A stretch of 62,666 bases of DNA, filler included, from Rhabdomonas costata (GCA_019059605.1; 39 parts of 39 records of this genome joined end to end with filler, not necessarily neighbours in it), one strand, 5' to 3'; numbered from the whole stretch's first letter, positions 24,552 through 36,640 are shown. The notes: generated by a model not told the origin, from the sequence alone. Numbers and translations are program-made.

Positions 24552-25304
24552 CTCAGCACCACCCCATACAGCCTGGGCTACCTCGGCCTGAACACTGCCG
24601 TGGACCACGGCGTGGAGTTTGCGAAGTTGAGCAACCAGCACGGCGTGGCCACCGTCCCCTCGGCGGCCTCGATCCAGGCCGACCTCCAGAACATCGCCCT
24701 GGATGGTCGCTCTGCGGTAAGAAGCCCTGACTAAATTTTTTTTTGAGAGAGAGTGTGTGTTTTGTGTGTGTGGAACTATTATGCATTTTAGCAAGGTCTC
24801 CGGCGTGCCAGGTCGTTTTTGGCTTCCAATTATGTATGCGGATTTTCGTGGATAAGTCTTCGGACATACGCGCGCGCCTAGCATACACCTCGTGGGTGGT
24901 TCTCTTCTGTCATCATGGACGACTAACTACTCCCCATCCCCAAAACACAAACAAAGGTGCGCCCATACTGCCCCGACCCCGTGTTTGTTCTAGATGTAAT
25001 ATATGGGTCCCGCTTCATCGCGCGGCAATCGGCAAAGACGGAACAGATCTCGTTCAGCATTTTCTGCCCCAACTATGGAGTCTGTCGAGAAGAGTTGCCT
25101 CCAATCAGACGGGTTCGGTTTCTGGTCTTACCTTTTGCGCACTGTTTGCTGCTGTGCACGTTTCTCCGTACGAAAGGCCAAACTGGTGGACTTGCCTGGG
25201 CTGTCCACCTATCCCATCCTGGGCATGGCATATGCCCTGGTCAACAATCACAGCCTGGCCTTGGACTGCGCCAACGCTCTGCCCATCGCAAGATTCCTGA
25301 AGTG
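24552..25304 (+). CDS. PstS-like phosphate-binding (PBP2) domain protein, exons 24552-24716 and 25177-25304
   Basis: TPYSLGYL...FAKLSNQHGVATVPSAASI and TYPILGMAYALV...ARFLKW match the PstS motifs TPGxIGY, LxNxxG..P and YPI...FLxW. Confidence 0.82.
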
Positions 25305-26166
25305 GTCTGGATAGCCCCCCCCCCACACACAAACGCTTTCGCTTCCGGCGTGCGGTTGTTCAAAACCATTTGGAATGGTTTTCCAGGGGTAAACCCAAGC
25401 ATGAACTTCCATATGCGGAAACCAGCAGAAAAAAGTGTCTGCAGTCTCTTGAATTGAGGCATCGGCCACCAGCAGCTGAGCAACCGCCGTATCACGCGTT
25501 CACGGTCGCAACGGCCTTTGCATTCAGCAGCTTGGTAACCTCCCATACGTGCAGTTTGGAGTGTGCGTTAACCCCGCAAAAAGGTACTGACTGGAAGGTT
25601 GTTGGGAACTTGTCATTAACTGGAAGGCTTTTTGCGGGGTTAACCCAACCCCCCCCNNNNNNNNNNNNNNNNNNNNNNNNNNNNNNNNNNNNNNNNNNNN
25701 TTAATTAATTAANNNNNNNNNNNNNNNNNNNNNNNNNNNNNNNNNNNNNNNNNNNNGGGTGGGGGTCCATGATGATAATGTGGTCTTACACCGTCACCCT
25801 GTGATTGTGCGATTGGAATCCTTCGTGGCGGATCCTGTGGAACTTTCTCCACCTTGCCCCGTGGAGGCACACGCTTGGAGCGCTGCCGCACACGGTGGGT
25901 GGGGTGAAGACATCCGCTGCGGGAAAGGGGGGTAAGTGACCATGTAATTAAGGAGCTTCCAACGAGCAAGAGCAATGGCTGAGGGTGGTAGGATCCGCCC
26001 CTCCGGCTTTCGGGAGTTTTGTTGTTGGGTATTCAGAATACCCAATGCCCAGAGGACCCCCGGATCGGGATGTATGCCAATCCAGTGACTGAATGCTTTT
26101 TGACTACTTTTGAAAGGGCCTGCCTTTGCTGAGCTTCCTTCCGTTACCCTTCCATGCCGCTGCAGG

Positions 26167-26881
26167 GTGGGCCAAGCGCCTGGCAGTTGCTTGCTGTCCC
26201 GCTTTCCGCCGTGGTGGGGCAGACCAACTGGAACTGGACCTCCTACTCGGGCAGCAATGTGTGCTTCACCAACGATTCGATGTACGCTTGTGCATTCGGG
26301 CTGGGAGAAGGGATGAGGAGGGGCCGACCTTGCGCTTTGTGAGAATCTTTCTATGATTTTTGCTGAGGCTATGAGAATCCGGGAACCAGGTGACCCGTAA
26401 TGTTAATGGCAGCCCCCTCCCTCCTTGGAAATCCTTGCCTGTCCGTTGTGCATAGTTTCTGAAACCAATGCAGGCGGGTTTTCTTTGACAGGTTGAGGCC
26501 ATTGCGTCTTGTCCCACGAAAAGGAGAAAGGATAGATGGCGATGCACGCTTCATTATATGTGCTCTTTGTGCTGCGGAGGCAACAGCCGATCTCCCACCC
26601 CTCCCCGGCATATGCAGCTACTGCAGTTCGCCATACACCTGTACTGGGGTGAGCAAGATCCTCGTGGACAACAGCTCCGACGCCGTTATCCTGGCACTTT
26701 CCATGATGCAGACCAAGCTGAGCTGGGAGACCGCAGACAAGGCCGGGATTGTGCTGGCCAAGCTGTTCTTCAACTCCTCAGGGAACTGCACCGCCCTAAA
26801 CAGCCTGCTGGTGGCCAACCTTGGGTCGGGGCAGATCCCAGTTACCACGGTGTTGGTAGCGGACTGGTACACCCTGAACGG
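26167..26881 (+). CDS. Exons of hypothetical extracellular glycoprotein (~26167-26281, 26618-26881)
   Basis: AG/GT-bounded open segments with several NxS/T sequons and cysteines (NWTS, NSSD, NSSGNCT). Confidence 0.5.
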
Positions 26882-27597
26882 TGTGTGTCTGTTTCTCTCT
26901 CTCTCTTTCATCCATCAGCGCGTCACCCCACACCTCGAACATTGAGAACCCGACCCATCCTCCGATTTCAGATGCGATGCATCTCACAAAAAGTCCTCTA
27001 CCTCACAGTCGCAAAGAACCCGACGAAGAGCGTCCAAGGCAGGCGGAGATGATGCACGGTGGTGGTCCAGTGGCGGTCGAAACACCAGTCACTGGAACAA
27101 GACATCAGATCATTCAGCTGCTGAACTCAAAATTCACCCCTTTCACCTCACTTAACCACACGCACACTCTCTCTCACACAATTTTTTTCTTTTTCTCTCT
27201 GTGTATACATGTGTGTTCCCAAGAAGGGAAGCCCGGGCAAGCGGAGAGTGTAGAGAAGTGAGCTCNNNNNNNNNNNNNNNNNNNNNNNNNNNNNNNNNNN
27301 NNNNNNNNNTTAATTAATTAANNNNNNNNNNNNNNNNNNNNNNNNNNNNNNNNNNNNNNNNNNNNTGTGGGGTGTCTATCAGTGAGTGTTTCAAAGTTTT
27401 CGGGTGCTAGTTTCCACCGTAAAGTTTGCTGTTTACGAAATGGAAATGCGTCACTGCCACAGATGGGGTCAGCAGTGCACCTAACGACTCTGTGTGCTGG
27501 GGCGAGGCAAACGCTATGGATTAGTGAGGCCACGCTGTGCTTTTCCGGGTGCTCTCCAAGCCGTGCATACGAGAATAGCGATAAAGAGAGACGGGAC

Positions 27598-27814
27598 CTT
27601 GATCGTGGCGTCTGCGCCGGCCTGCACAAGGGCCTCCGTGGTGCGGGGCATTTTGAATAATGCAGTGAGGTGGACAAGGGTAGAGCCCGTCTCCGGGTCC
27701 ACCACGGCGTTGACATCCATGACCTTCGCGGCGAGAGTGGGCCCCAGCAGCGCCACAGCAGAGCCGTCGTCGTGGCTGTTGAGGAGGGCCTCCTCCAAGG
27801 GCACCCGCCCGGCA
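27598..27814 (-). CDS. Ankyrin-repeat protein exon
   Basis: DVNAVVDPETGSTLVHLTALFKMPRTTEALVQAGADATIK, bounded by AG and GT. Confidence 0.75.
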
Positions 27815-29019
27815 CTGTTCTGTGTTTATGTTGCGCTAAGACGCATCATAAAGAGCTTGCTCGGGACGGTGCTGGTGCCATTTTGACTTGTTTTTCTAAG
27901 TGAGAGTGGCCATCTTCGGAAAAAAGTATACAGGCCTGTGGCAACATGAAGTACTTGTAAACGGGCCTTTCCGAAAGTTTAGCGTCGAGCGTTGAGTGTG
28001 CAGACCTGCAAAGGTCCAAACAGGTGAATTGTTACGAATTCGAAAGGACCCGTAAGACCCTTAAAAACCCGTGAAACAAAGTCCGAGGGCGAGAAGCTGC
28101 AAGCCAGCTGCAGTTCTGAGGTTTTTAGGGGCTAGCTCCTTGGCATAGACCTGTCCGGTGACCAAGGGGAACGTCACCCAGCAAATAGGGCCGTTTTGGG
28201 GCCGAAACACGATCGGTGAGGCGGGAGTAGGGACCATAGACAGGCTCACCTCGAAGGACCCCACAGAAACGCGAAATGAGAAAGCCTCAAAGAGTCCCAC
28301 CACAGTGGTGGGTTTACAAGCCCACAATTGCACGTAAAAATTTGAGGTTTTCCGGATCCACCATCATCCCCCCATTGTCTGTACGAAGGCCTCCTGGACA
28401 AACCTTAGGGTTTGGCAAAGCAGCCACAGCCAAAGGCACTGGCTCGGTATGCAAACCAAACATATTGGTCCCAGACTCTCAAAGCAAAGGAAAGCGCCCC
28501 CGAAACGATTTCCGAGAAAAACAGCCGCAGTTAAGTCTCCGAGCAGTGGTGGTGATGGGGGCATTATTCCTAGGCACAGAGAGAAAGCAGCAGACCCAGA
28601 AGCGACCGCTAAGCTGAGGTCATGACTGAATCATCCTCCATTGATTCAGTCTGTTAAACCTCTGCTGCCCTTATGGTGAGCGATGGTGGCAGGTCCCTTC
28701 CGATCGGACAGCGTTTTTAGTTCAAAAAGGTTCTGGCCCAATGCCACTCACTCCAAGTACTCCAAAGCTACTTTAACCACCAAAACACGATGAGCCATCA
28801 ACCGAAAGCAAAAGGACACAGCATCGTGGTGGAGACAATGGGGGGGGGGCTGACCTTGAGACTGACAACCACAANNNNNNNNNNNNNNNNNNNNNNNNNN
28901 NNNNNNNNNNNNNNNNNNTTAATTAATTAANNNNNNNNNNNNNNNNNNNNNNNNNNNNNNNNNNNNNNNNNNNNGTGGTGGGTGTGTTTGGGGGGGTGGT
29001 GTATATCTGTCCTTCGCCA

Positions 29020-29204
29020 GACGAGAACTTCTGACGAAGATGTGGGCTGTCATTCTGCCCAATGTCCAAGAGGCCACTGGGTTCCCTCTCGGACTGTTAT
29101 ATCCACTGCTGGGCCTGTTTTTCAGTGTGGTCGCTGGGACCTGGGTCTATGCCACTCAGCTTTATCTTCGCCCTGCGGGGTTGCTTTCGCAAACCCTTGT
29201 GAAG
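29020..29204 (+). CDS. Exon of hypothetical membrane protein
   Basis: ELLTKMWAVILPNVQEATGFPLGLLYPLLGLFFSVVAGTWVYATQLYL...LVK|GT, containing one hydrophobic segment. Confidence 0.45.
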
Positions 29205-30205
29205 GTCGCTGTTTTTCACTGGGGTGTTTTCCCGTGCAGAGTCCCTCTCCGTTCTTTTCCCTAAGAAAGGTAACACCTTGAAACTCAGAAAAAGGGTATG
29301 TGAAGGTTTTCTTGAAGTCTTATTATTATTACTTTATAAATATCCCTCCCCTCTCTCTCTGGACGCATAAATATATAGGGTAATGAGACTTCCTAAAAAA
29401 ACCGTCGCATATTATATTCTTTTGCGGTCAACCCGGAAGTTTTTCTGGGGGATGTTAGGCCCAGAAAACTGTTAGATATAAAGTAGTGTGAATGCTTTTT
29501 GCGGCGAAGGCGTCACCTTCTGGGCGCTTCCCTGTTTATGGTGAGCAAGCTGTGGATTTTGGTACCTGGGGCTTTGTGTGATGAAAACAAGAAGTTCCCG
29601 TCTCAACTCAAGCTTTGTGCTGTGAATGCATTTTTTTAGTTTTCGGTTCAACGTACTTAGAAGCTTTTGAAGACAGTTGGTTTGTGGGTAACACCGCGTA
29701 CCCCACAACTCCTCGCTGCCCCACTACTTTCCCATGAGATCAATGGTCTCTAGTCAAATGAGTGCGTGGGAAATCCGCCCCTTTTGGGTTCTGTTCTTGT
29801 CAATCAGTGCACATGCGCACGCACAGCAAACGCGTAGAGAACGCAAATTGACGCCCGAGACGCACCTGGTCGAAGAGTCTAGGACGCAGCAGCAAGGTAG
29901 AGTAGATGGAGAGATGAAAAGAAGCAGCAGCGCAACGATGTAGGATGTGCTAGCACGCCTGCAGATATTATTGCTGTTTATGTACACATCCGAAGCGAGA
30001 CCGCAAACGTGTTTTTCAAGAAGACAAATGGCCAGCGCTCCAAAGAAGGAGCCTCAGAGACCCGTAATCTGGCAGCGCGGGCAGTCGGTGGAAATAGGTA
30101 GCTGCAGGTTCATGTGGTCACTGTTTCTTTTTTAGTGATTTTGTGGTTGTTGTCGTGCAACTCTGCTCTTCTCTGCTATCACCATGTGATGAAATAGCCC
30201 CGCTG

Positions 30206-30474
30206 AAAAACTTGGACCAACCGGCAAAGGTTTTTCGCTCTCCCTCCCATGCGTTGGGAAGCTAATTCATCTGCGTAGATATCGGCTGCCTTAATGCACG
30301 GACGATGTCCAGTCTATGCAGCAACCAATCTGAATTAGCTTCCCAACGCATGGGAGGGAGAGCGAAAAAACTTGGACCAACCGGCAAAGGTTTTTCGCTC
30401 TCCCTCCCATGCGTTGGGAAGCTAATTCATCTGCGTAGATATCGGCTGCCTTAATGCACGGACGATGTCCAGTC
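30206..30474. repeat. Hairpin element with perfect 39-bp inverted repeats, tandemly repeated (period 160 bp)
   Basis: Arms at 30231-30269 and 30331-30369; 30206-30314 recurs exactly at 30366-30474. Confidence 0.9.
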
Positions 30475-30588
30475 AACACAACANNNNNNNNNNNNNNNNN
30501 NNNNNNNNNNNNNNNNNNNNNNNNNNNTTAATTAATTAANNNNNNNNNNNNNNNNNNNNNNNNNNNNNNNNNNNNNNNNNNNNGGGGT

Positions 30589-30710
30589 TGGGTCAACTAT
30601 GAGGTGCAAGGTGACGGCAGCTCAGCTTTTTTGTGTTTCTTTTACAATGATCTTGTCTACCCACCCAACAAAGCTGAGCTGCCGTCACCTTGCACCTCAT
30701 AGTTGACCCA
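30589..30710. repeat. Perfect 41-bp inverted repeat with 40-nt loop
   Basis: TGGGTCAACTATGAGGTGCAAGGTGACGGCAGCTCAGCTTT (30589-30629) with its reverse complement at 30670-30710. Confidence 0.88.
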
Positions 30711-31365
30711 GGATCGCCCCCAGGGTAGAAAGAACGATGAAAAGTTTTTGTTCTTTCACTCAGATAAAAAAGATGAGTCATAAAAAAAGAAAATAGAGGC
30801 TCATGACGTTTTTCATTCAAAATTTTGGCGCACCTAAACTTATTGGGCACACCAGAGATAATAGTATTTCTCTCGCAGGGGGCTAGGTCGCCATGCAGCC
30901 CATGGAGCCCCCCCAGCAACCTCCCAGGGTTAGGATGCCTGCTCTCGTTTTTGACAGCCATGTTTACCATTTTTGATTTGGAGGCTTTGTGGATCACATT
31001 AAGGGAGAGTACACCAGCTGTGAGACTATTCAGGGCAAGGTTAGCGTGGTCTTAACGCAGGATTTGATGGTGCCTGGAACAACCTGAAAAACTTCCTCAG
31101 GGCACGTGGGGGATCCTCTGGTGACCATCTGGAAAGCTCTGTGAAGGAGTTTCAGTGGCAACTCCGATCCTTTTCTGGAATGCTTCTGTGCATTAAAGAT
31201 GGCTGTTTTCAATGACGCTATCTCTGTGCTTCTGTGTCCAGCAAGTTTTTTCTACCAAACTGCCAAAAAAATTTTCCACTGCGGTAGGTTGGAGCATCTG
31301 GTTTATCCTTTGTCTCAGCCATTTCTTTTACACTCGTTAAGCGATCTTGGGATAATTTTGAGCAC

Positions 31366-31566
31366 CTGGAACCGGCGCTCTGGGAACTCCTGCCGCAGCT
31401 CCTCAGTCAAGGCTTTGGCATCACCCTGAAGCCTCGAGCTGGGGCCAGAGCCTGAGGGCCCGTCCTCCTGCAGGGCAAGTGGGGTCGGGGACAGGGGCTC
31501 GGCGATGCCCAGGTAGGTCAGGCTGTCCTCGGGATACCCCATCTCAAAGAGAGACTTCAGGGTTGC
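31366..31566 (-). CDS. Exon of hypothetical protein
   Basis: AG|ATLKSLFEMGYPEDSLTYLGIAEP...ELRQEFPERRFQ|GT, preceded by a long pyrimidine tract. Confidence 0.55.
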
Positions 31567-31606
31567 CTTAGATGAAGGAGGACACAGAGAAAGGAAAGAG
31601 AAGAGA

Positions 31607-31989
31607 AGAGGAAGGCAATACAAAATTGCTCACGCGAGAAAAAGGATTGGCTGTTGACGCACGTCGACCGTCACCGTAACTCCGGGAGGGGTTCGAATTC
31701 CGATCACCACCATAAACAAGTTCACAAGTCGATTTTCGACAACTTTAGATTAGTCAAGAATTCGAACAAACCAAGAGAGAGAGAGAGAGAGAGAGCATCA
31801 GCGACAACTGTCGAAAACTCGAAAAAGCCACTTAATCGGGGCCATGTGGAGTCAGATGGGCAAGTCGTATTGGGATTTAACGAGATTCTGACCGGATTAA
31901 GCTCAAGGTGTAGAAAGAGAGAACCCTGTTGGCGATAGGACCTAACACGTAGCGTGAACGGGCGTAAAGCCCTTGACGTAAAAGCGAGT

Positions 31990-32024
<35 letters not shown>

Positions 32025-32099
32025 GGCAATACAAAATTGCTCACGCGAGAAAAAGGATTGGCTGTTGACGCACGTCGACCGTCACCGTAACTCCGGGAG
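31607..32099 (+). repeat. 82-bp exact direct repeat (31607-31688, 32018-32099), period 411 bp, with (GA)n tracts
   Basis: AGAGGAAGGCAATACAAAATTGCTCACGCG...CCGTAACTCCGGGAG occurs twice; the second copy is cut by the contig end. Confidence 0.9.
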
Positions 32100-32504
32100 N
32101 NNNNNNNNNNNNNNNNNNNNNNNNNNNNNNNNNNNNNNNNNNNTTAATTAATTAANNNNNNNNNNNNNNNNNNNNNNNNNNNNNNNNNNNNNNNNNNNNT
32201 GTGTTTTTGTACAAATGTGTGCAGGGCAGTTAACACTGTGACCCCGTGAAGATGGATGGAGGGATCGACGTATTAGTGACCGCGCTTGTGTGTGAGACAT
32301 CGTGAAAATGTTGCGAGTGTGCGGAAGGTGCTGTTTTTTTTTTTGAGTTTTCAGTGTCAGTGCAGTTGTGCCTTTTTAGCTCTGGATTTTGGCCCACATC
32401 CTGCCTCGGGAACTTTAGACAGTGTCCTGTGCCTGTGGGCGGGGGTGTGCGTTATTGGAGGCTTCACTTTCTTTTTGAGGATCTTCTTTCCCCAACTCGG
32501 AAAA

Positions 32505-32706
32505 ATGGCTCAGACGGGCCGTTTTAGTGTTCTTCGCTCGCGGTGGACCACCTTGCGGCGGTGGGCAGACGTGCTGTATGCGCTGCCGCGAGGGAGGTGC
32601 GTGGTTTCGCGGTACACCCGAGATGGCGTCAGTGTGCGGGTGGTGGGCCTGCCAGGCATGGCAGAGAGGTCTTTCTATGATCGCGTGATTCAGGAGTCCC
32701 AGCCAG
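32505..32706 (+). CDS. Possible first exon of hypothetical protein
   Basis: MAQTGRFSVLRSRW...VRVVGLPGMAERSFYDRVIQESQP|GT, following a T-rich tract. Confidence 0.4.
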
Positions 32707-34129
32707 GTCTGTATGGGTTTTTGTGAAGGTTGTGGATTCCGGGGTGGGTTCAAGCCCCCCCCCCCCACATACTATTGTCCATACACTGACAGAAGGAGAA
32801 AGAAACAAGGTCCACATAAACCCCTAGCAGAAGAAGAAGAGTAGCCCATAAGTAGGAAAAAAAATGTCCAAAAAACCTCTCCAGGCAACAAAACCGCCGG
32901 GTAAGGATGTGGCTCCACGCTCTGTGTTTTGCTCGCCTATGCAGGTGATGAGGGTTTCACTCACTTTCATTTGCGTTTCAGTTGCGTTGCATGGGGACAA
33001 TTGTATTTTGGAGATGGGTGTTAAACGTTCAGCGGTGTTAAACGTTTTGGGACTTTGCGAACCGATAGTGGCATGACATTAGTTTTTAGTCGTTAATCTT
33101 CCTAAAGGACGGTCACGTGCTTGCCGGCACAAATACCATGGCTGCAGCAGTCGCCTTGAGAGCATGGCAACGACCGGCAGTGAGTCGTATTGCTCAACGC
33201 CTTGGACCCTTCGGGGCAGCCCAGGCCGAAACTCTCACAGGTTAACATGACTGCGAAGGCGAAAGCGAGAGACAAAAGGTAGATTGGAGAGCAGAAATAC
33301 AACAAGACCACAAAAAGGGGCCGAGCTGACTTCACGCCGCTCCTATATGGCTCGCGTCACTTTGATAGTAAGAGGTAGGGTAACATAAAAAACGGCCAAG
33401 CCACTTCTTTCACCACCCCTACTTAGCTTCGAACTCCGAAAATGCCGGATTTAGTGTACTTTTTTTTACTTCGGTTGCGACTACTTGAGGTGACGCAGAC
33501 AAAACAAACCCTACGGCACACACAGTCTGGTATCCCGAAAATACACGTACGTAAATACACGCAAGAGCGGTGAAACCAACTCCTCGCGGCGCGAGGCAGC
33601 CGCAAGCCAAGGCCTTAGAGACCACTCACATTCCCGTGGGAACCGTGACCCAGGAGTAAAACTGCGGGTCGACAGCCGCACCGGCCAAAAGCCCTCGAAC
33701 CCAAAAANNNNNNNNNNNNNNNNNNNNNNNNNNNNNNNNNNNNNNNNNNNNTTAATTAATTAANNNNNNNNNNNNNNNNNNNNNNNNNNNNNNNNNNNNN
33801 NNNNNNNTTTGGGCTTGCTGGTAGAACCTCCACATGGCGTCCGTCCATGGGTAGGAGCTCTACGCGTGTGCAGATGAAGCCTGGCATGAAATGATTGATG
33901 TGGATGTGCACAATTTTTGGGTCACCGCCAGGAAGCTTCAGTGGGTTAGAAGAGCAAACGCTATAAACTGCGGGGACCACAGCAAATCGTCTGCAAGCAG
34001 TGTCACAGCGTTAAATAATCACAGAACAAAATCATTTGCAGGAGCATGGGACGGAACAGCTGGACAATGTCACAGGGCACAGTGAGTTGGACACGGTTAC
34101 AATCCCGCGTGCAACAAGATTCAGAAGAG

Positions 34130-34173
34130 ATTAAGAAAATTAAGAAAATTAAGAAGATTAAGAAGATTAAGAA
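34130..34173 (+). repeat. (ATTAAGAAR)5 minisatellite
   Basis: Five tandem 9-mers read directly. Confidence 0.9.
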
Positions 34174-34212
34174 CCATCTGGGAGGCTGAAGCGGGCGGGG
34201 CACCTTGTGCAG

Positions 34213-35036
34213 GGACAGGGCCTGTTCCTGGTTACCGTGGAGGTGCAGGTCAGGGGCCGGCCCCTAGAACTCAGCACGGTGGACTCGAACGTGCTGCTCA
34301 CCGTGACCTGGGTTGTACCCTGTGTGTGTGTGTGTGGTGTGTGTGTGGTGTATTCCTCAGTCCTCTCTCTCTCTCTCTCTCGGACTCAGTCACTTCAATC
34401 TTCCTCCTTTCACTCTCACTTACACTCTGTGACTCAGTCATCGGTTCCTGAGTGCCCGCCAGCCATGGCGGCACAGAGGAATCATTGTGCCAGTCAGTCG
34501 TTGCAGTCCTCTTGTGTACAGACACACCCATCTACACACAAAGAGTCTGTGAGGCAACCCCGAGGCCGTCGCCGTCCACATGCCAATTGTGGGTCGGATT
34601 GAAACAACCCCTCTGACAAGTACAAATGCGGCATTCGTACAGGGGAGGTGGCATTCTGATTTGCTACTTGAAGCCGAATTGCAATCTCAACCGGTCTCTA
34701 TTCTCCATCGAGTGTGTTTGTGTCTCTGTCTAACTGGGCTTCGCCCTGGTGTATTCCCCATACCCCTCAACGGCCCTTTTGCTTGGGAAGGGGCAAAGGT
34801 GGTGAAGGGGGGATGTGTGTCCTCCTTTCCAGGCCTCTGAAGATCCTCTGCCCAGCCGCTCCGCTTTGCTGAACCACGGGCTGCGGGGGATCCCCTTGTC
34901 GTGCCGCTATGTGGCCTGGCTGGAGCCCTACGTGCGGTTGAGCAACCCACAGTGGGTAGCCCATACGGTGGCGGCCCTACAGAGGCACCCTTTGGTGCAG
35001 CCCTTTGCGTTTGCCGTCAAGCTGCCTTGCGGGCAG
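34213..35036 (+). CDS. Glycosyltransferase (GT-A)-like protein, exons 34213-~34311 and 34833-35036
   Basis: LVTVEVQVRGRPLEL...LLNHGLRGIPLSCRYVAWLEPYVRLSNPQWVAHTVAALQRHPLVQPF resembles the YVAWxDAD..F.NP.W..T..LQ..VQ.F family. Confidence 0.6.
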
Positions 35037-36249
35037 GTGTGTATGTGTGTGTCAGCCCCCCGTGCCGTGTGCCGTCGTGATGTGTTTGTCTCTCTCTCTT
35101 CTCCTTCTTGCCGTGATCTGTTCTTGCTGTGATGTGTTCTTGCTGTGATCTCGTCGTGATGTGTTTGTCTCTCTTTGCCTATCTTGGTTGTTTGCACACC
35201 TGAAACCGAACCTTCGTATTCCTGGCGCCGTTGTCGACCTGTAGATATTGTGCTGTTTTTTTTGCCTTTTAAAATTGAAATTCTGAAATTGAAATTCTCA
35301 TACTCTCCCAACCACCNNNNNNNNNNNNNNNNNNNNNNNNNNNNNNNNNNNNNNNNNNNNTTAATTAATTAANNNNNNNNNNNNNNNNNNNNNNNNNNNN
35401 NNNNNNNNNNNNNNNNTGTTGGGTGGGAAATAGGAACGGACGGGAGGGGAGTGGGGACAACGGGGACCACAGCAACCCACCTGAACTCCAAACACTGTCG
35501 GTACGGTAGCCAGCGAAAAAGACTGTTCCACTGCAGCATTGGAAGTCGGCAGCCATTTACATGTATTTTGTGCTTTCTTCTCTTTGTTTCTTTTGTGTTT
35601 CGTTTTCCCATGCAAAATCTCTCGCGCGTTCCTTCTTGTAAAGACACTTCACAGACACTTCACAGGTTGAGGATGCGTTTCCCTGACTGCGGTGTGAAGA
35701 GACGCTGCTCTTGTCTCTTTGCACTCCCGCTGTGAGAGTAGATACACAATTCCGTTGTTATGTTGTACGCGTACTGTATTCTTGTAAATTGTTTGTTTTT
35801 TGTGTTGAACCCCAGACTCTTCACGAACACTTGTGCCTGTGCCCCAGTGCCGTAGTGCCGTGATGATTTTTCTCATAATAAAACTGGGAGCCAATCAAGA
35901 CACATGATTTTTCTGCAGATGCAAAAAAAAAAAGACGGCCCTGGTAACCGTGAGCAATTCGGATGCACGTTCGATACAAACGCCCAACTCTCGTGCAAGT
36001 TTGGTGCAATTGTTTTGTGCATCAATACCAAACCCGTTCAGGTGACACGAAGGGCCAGGCCACGTGCATGGATGGGGATGCCGCTGGATGCCGCTTATTA
36101 CATGCTTCTGGCCCACTTTTTTTCTTTTTTTGAAAGCTCGCTTTGGGTCTGGCCCTCTTGGGCCGAAACTGACAAGGTGACCACTGCAAACCACTAATTT
36201 CAACTCAATTTGCAGCACACTGATTGTGTGGAAGGATTGGCATTTCCAG

Positions 36250-36254
<5 letters not shown>

Positions 36255-36290
<36 letters not shown>

Positions 36291-36640
36291 CAGCGCGCAA
36301 TGCGCCCAACAAACACACGACAAAAGATCCCAGCCCCCCAAGGAAGGAGTGTGGAGTCGCAGAGACCTGAGCCGCAATGGAGCAACGCAGGTAGCCGCTG
36401 GAAAAGAGCAGCTGCGCGACACTGGCCGGGGAAGCGTGGAGCTGAAGGGAGGTTATCAGATGTGGAACGTTCGGCGGTGAGCCGGTTTCGGTTCCCACGG
36501 CACCGTTCGCTCCAACGGCACCTCTCGCGAGCACCCGTGGTCAACAGCGTGTGCGCCCGTCAGTCCACAGTCATCACCAACAACCAAGCAACGAGTCAAC
36601 CAGGCAACAACTAGCGCGCAATGCGCCACACACACATACA
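36255..36640 (+). repeat. Dispersed repeat copy 2, with leading (CA)n and a 15-bp direct repeat at both ends
   Basis: Homologous to 128-385; AGCGCGCAATGCGCC occurs at 36292-36306 and 36613-36627. Confidence 0.9.

Noticed and set aside
30206-30474. CRISPR array
   Set aside because: The intervening sequences are identical, the repeats alternate in orientation, and no cas gene is seen
31640-31712. Intact tRNA gene
   Set aside because: Only a T-loop-like motif and CCA; acceptor, D and anticodon stems do not pair
35070-35175. Degenerate GTGATGTGTT/GTGATCT repeats
   Set aside because: Ordinary intronic low-complexity minisatellite
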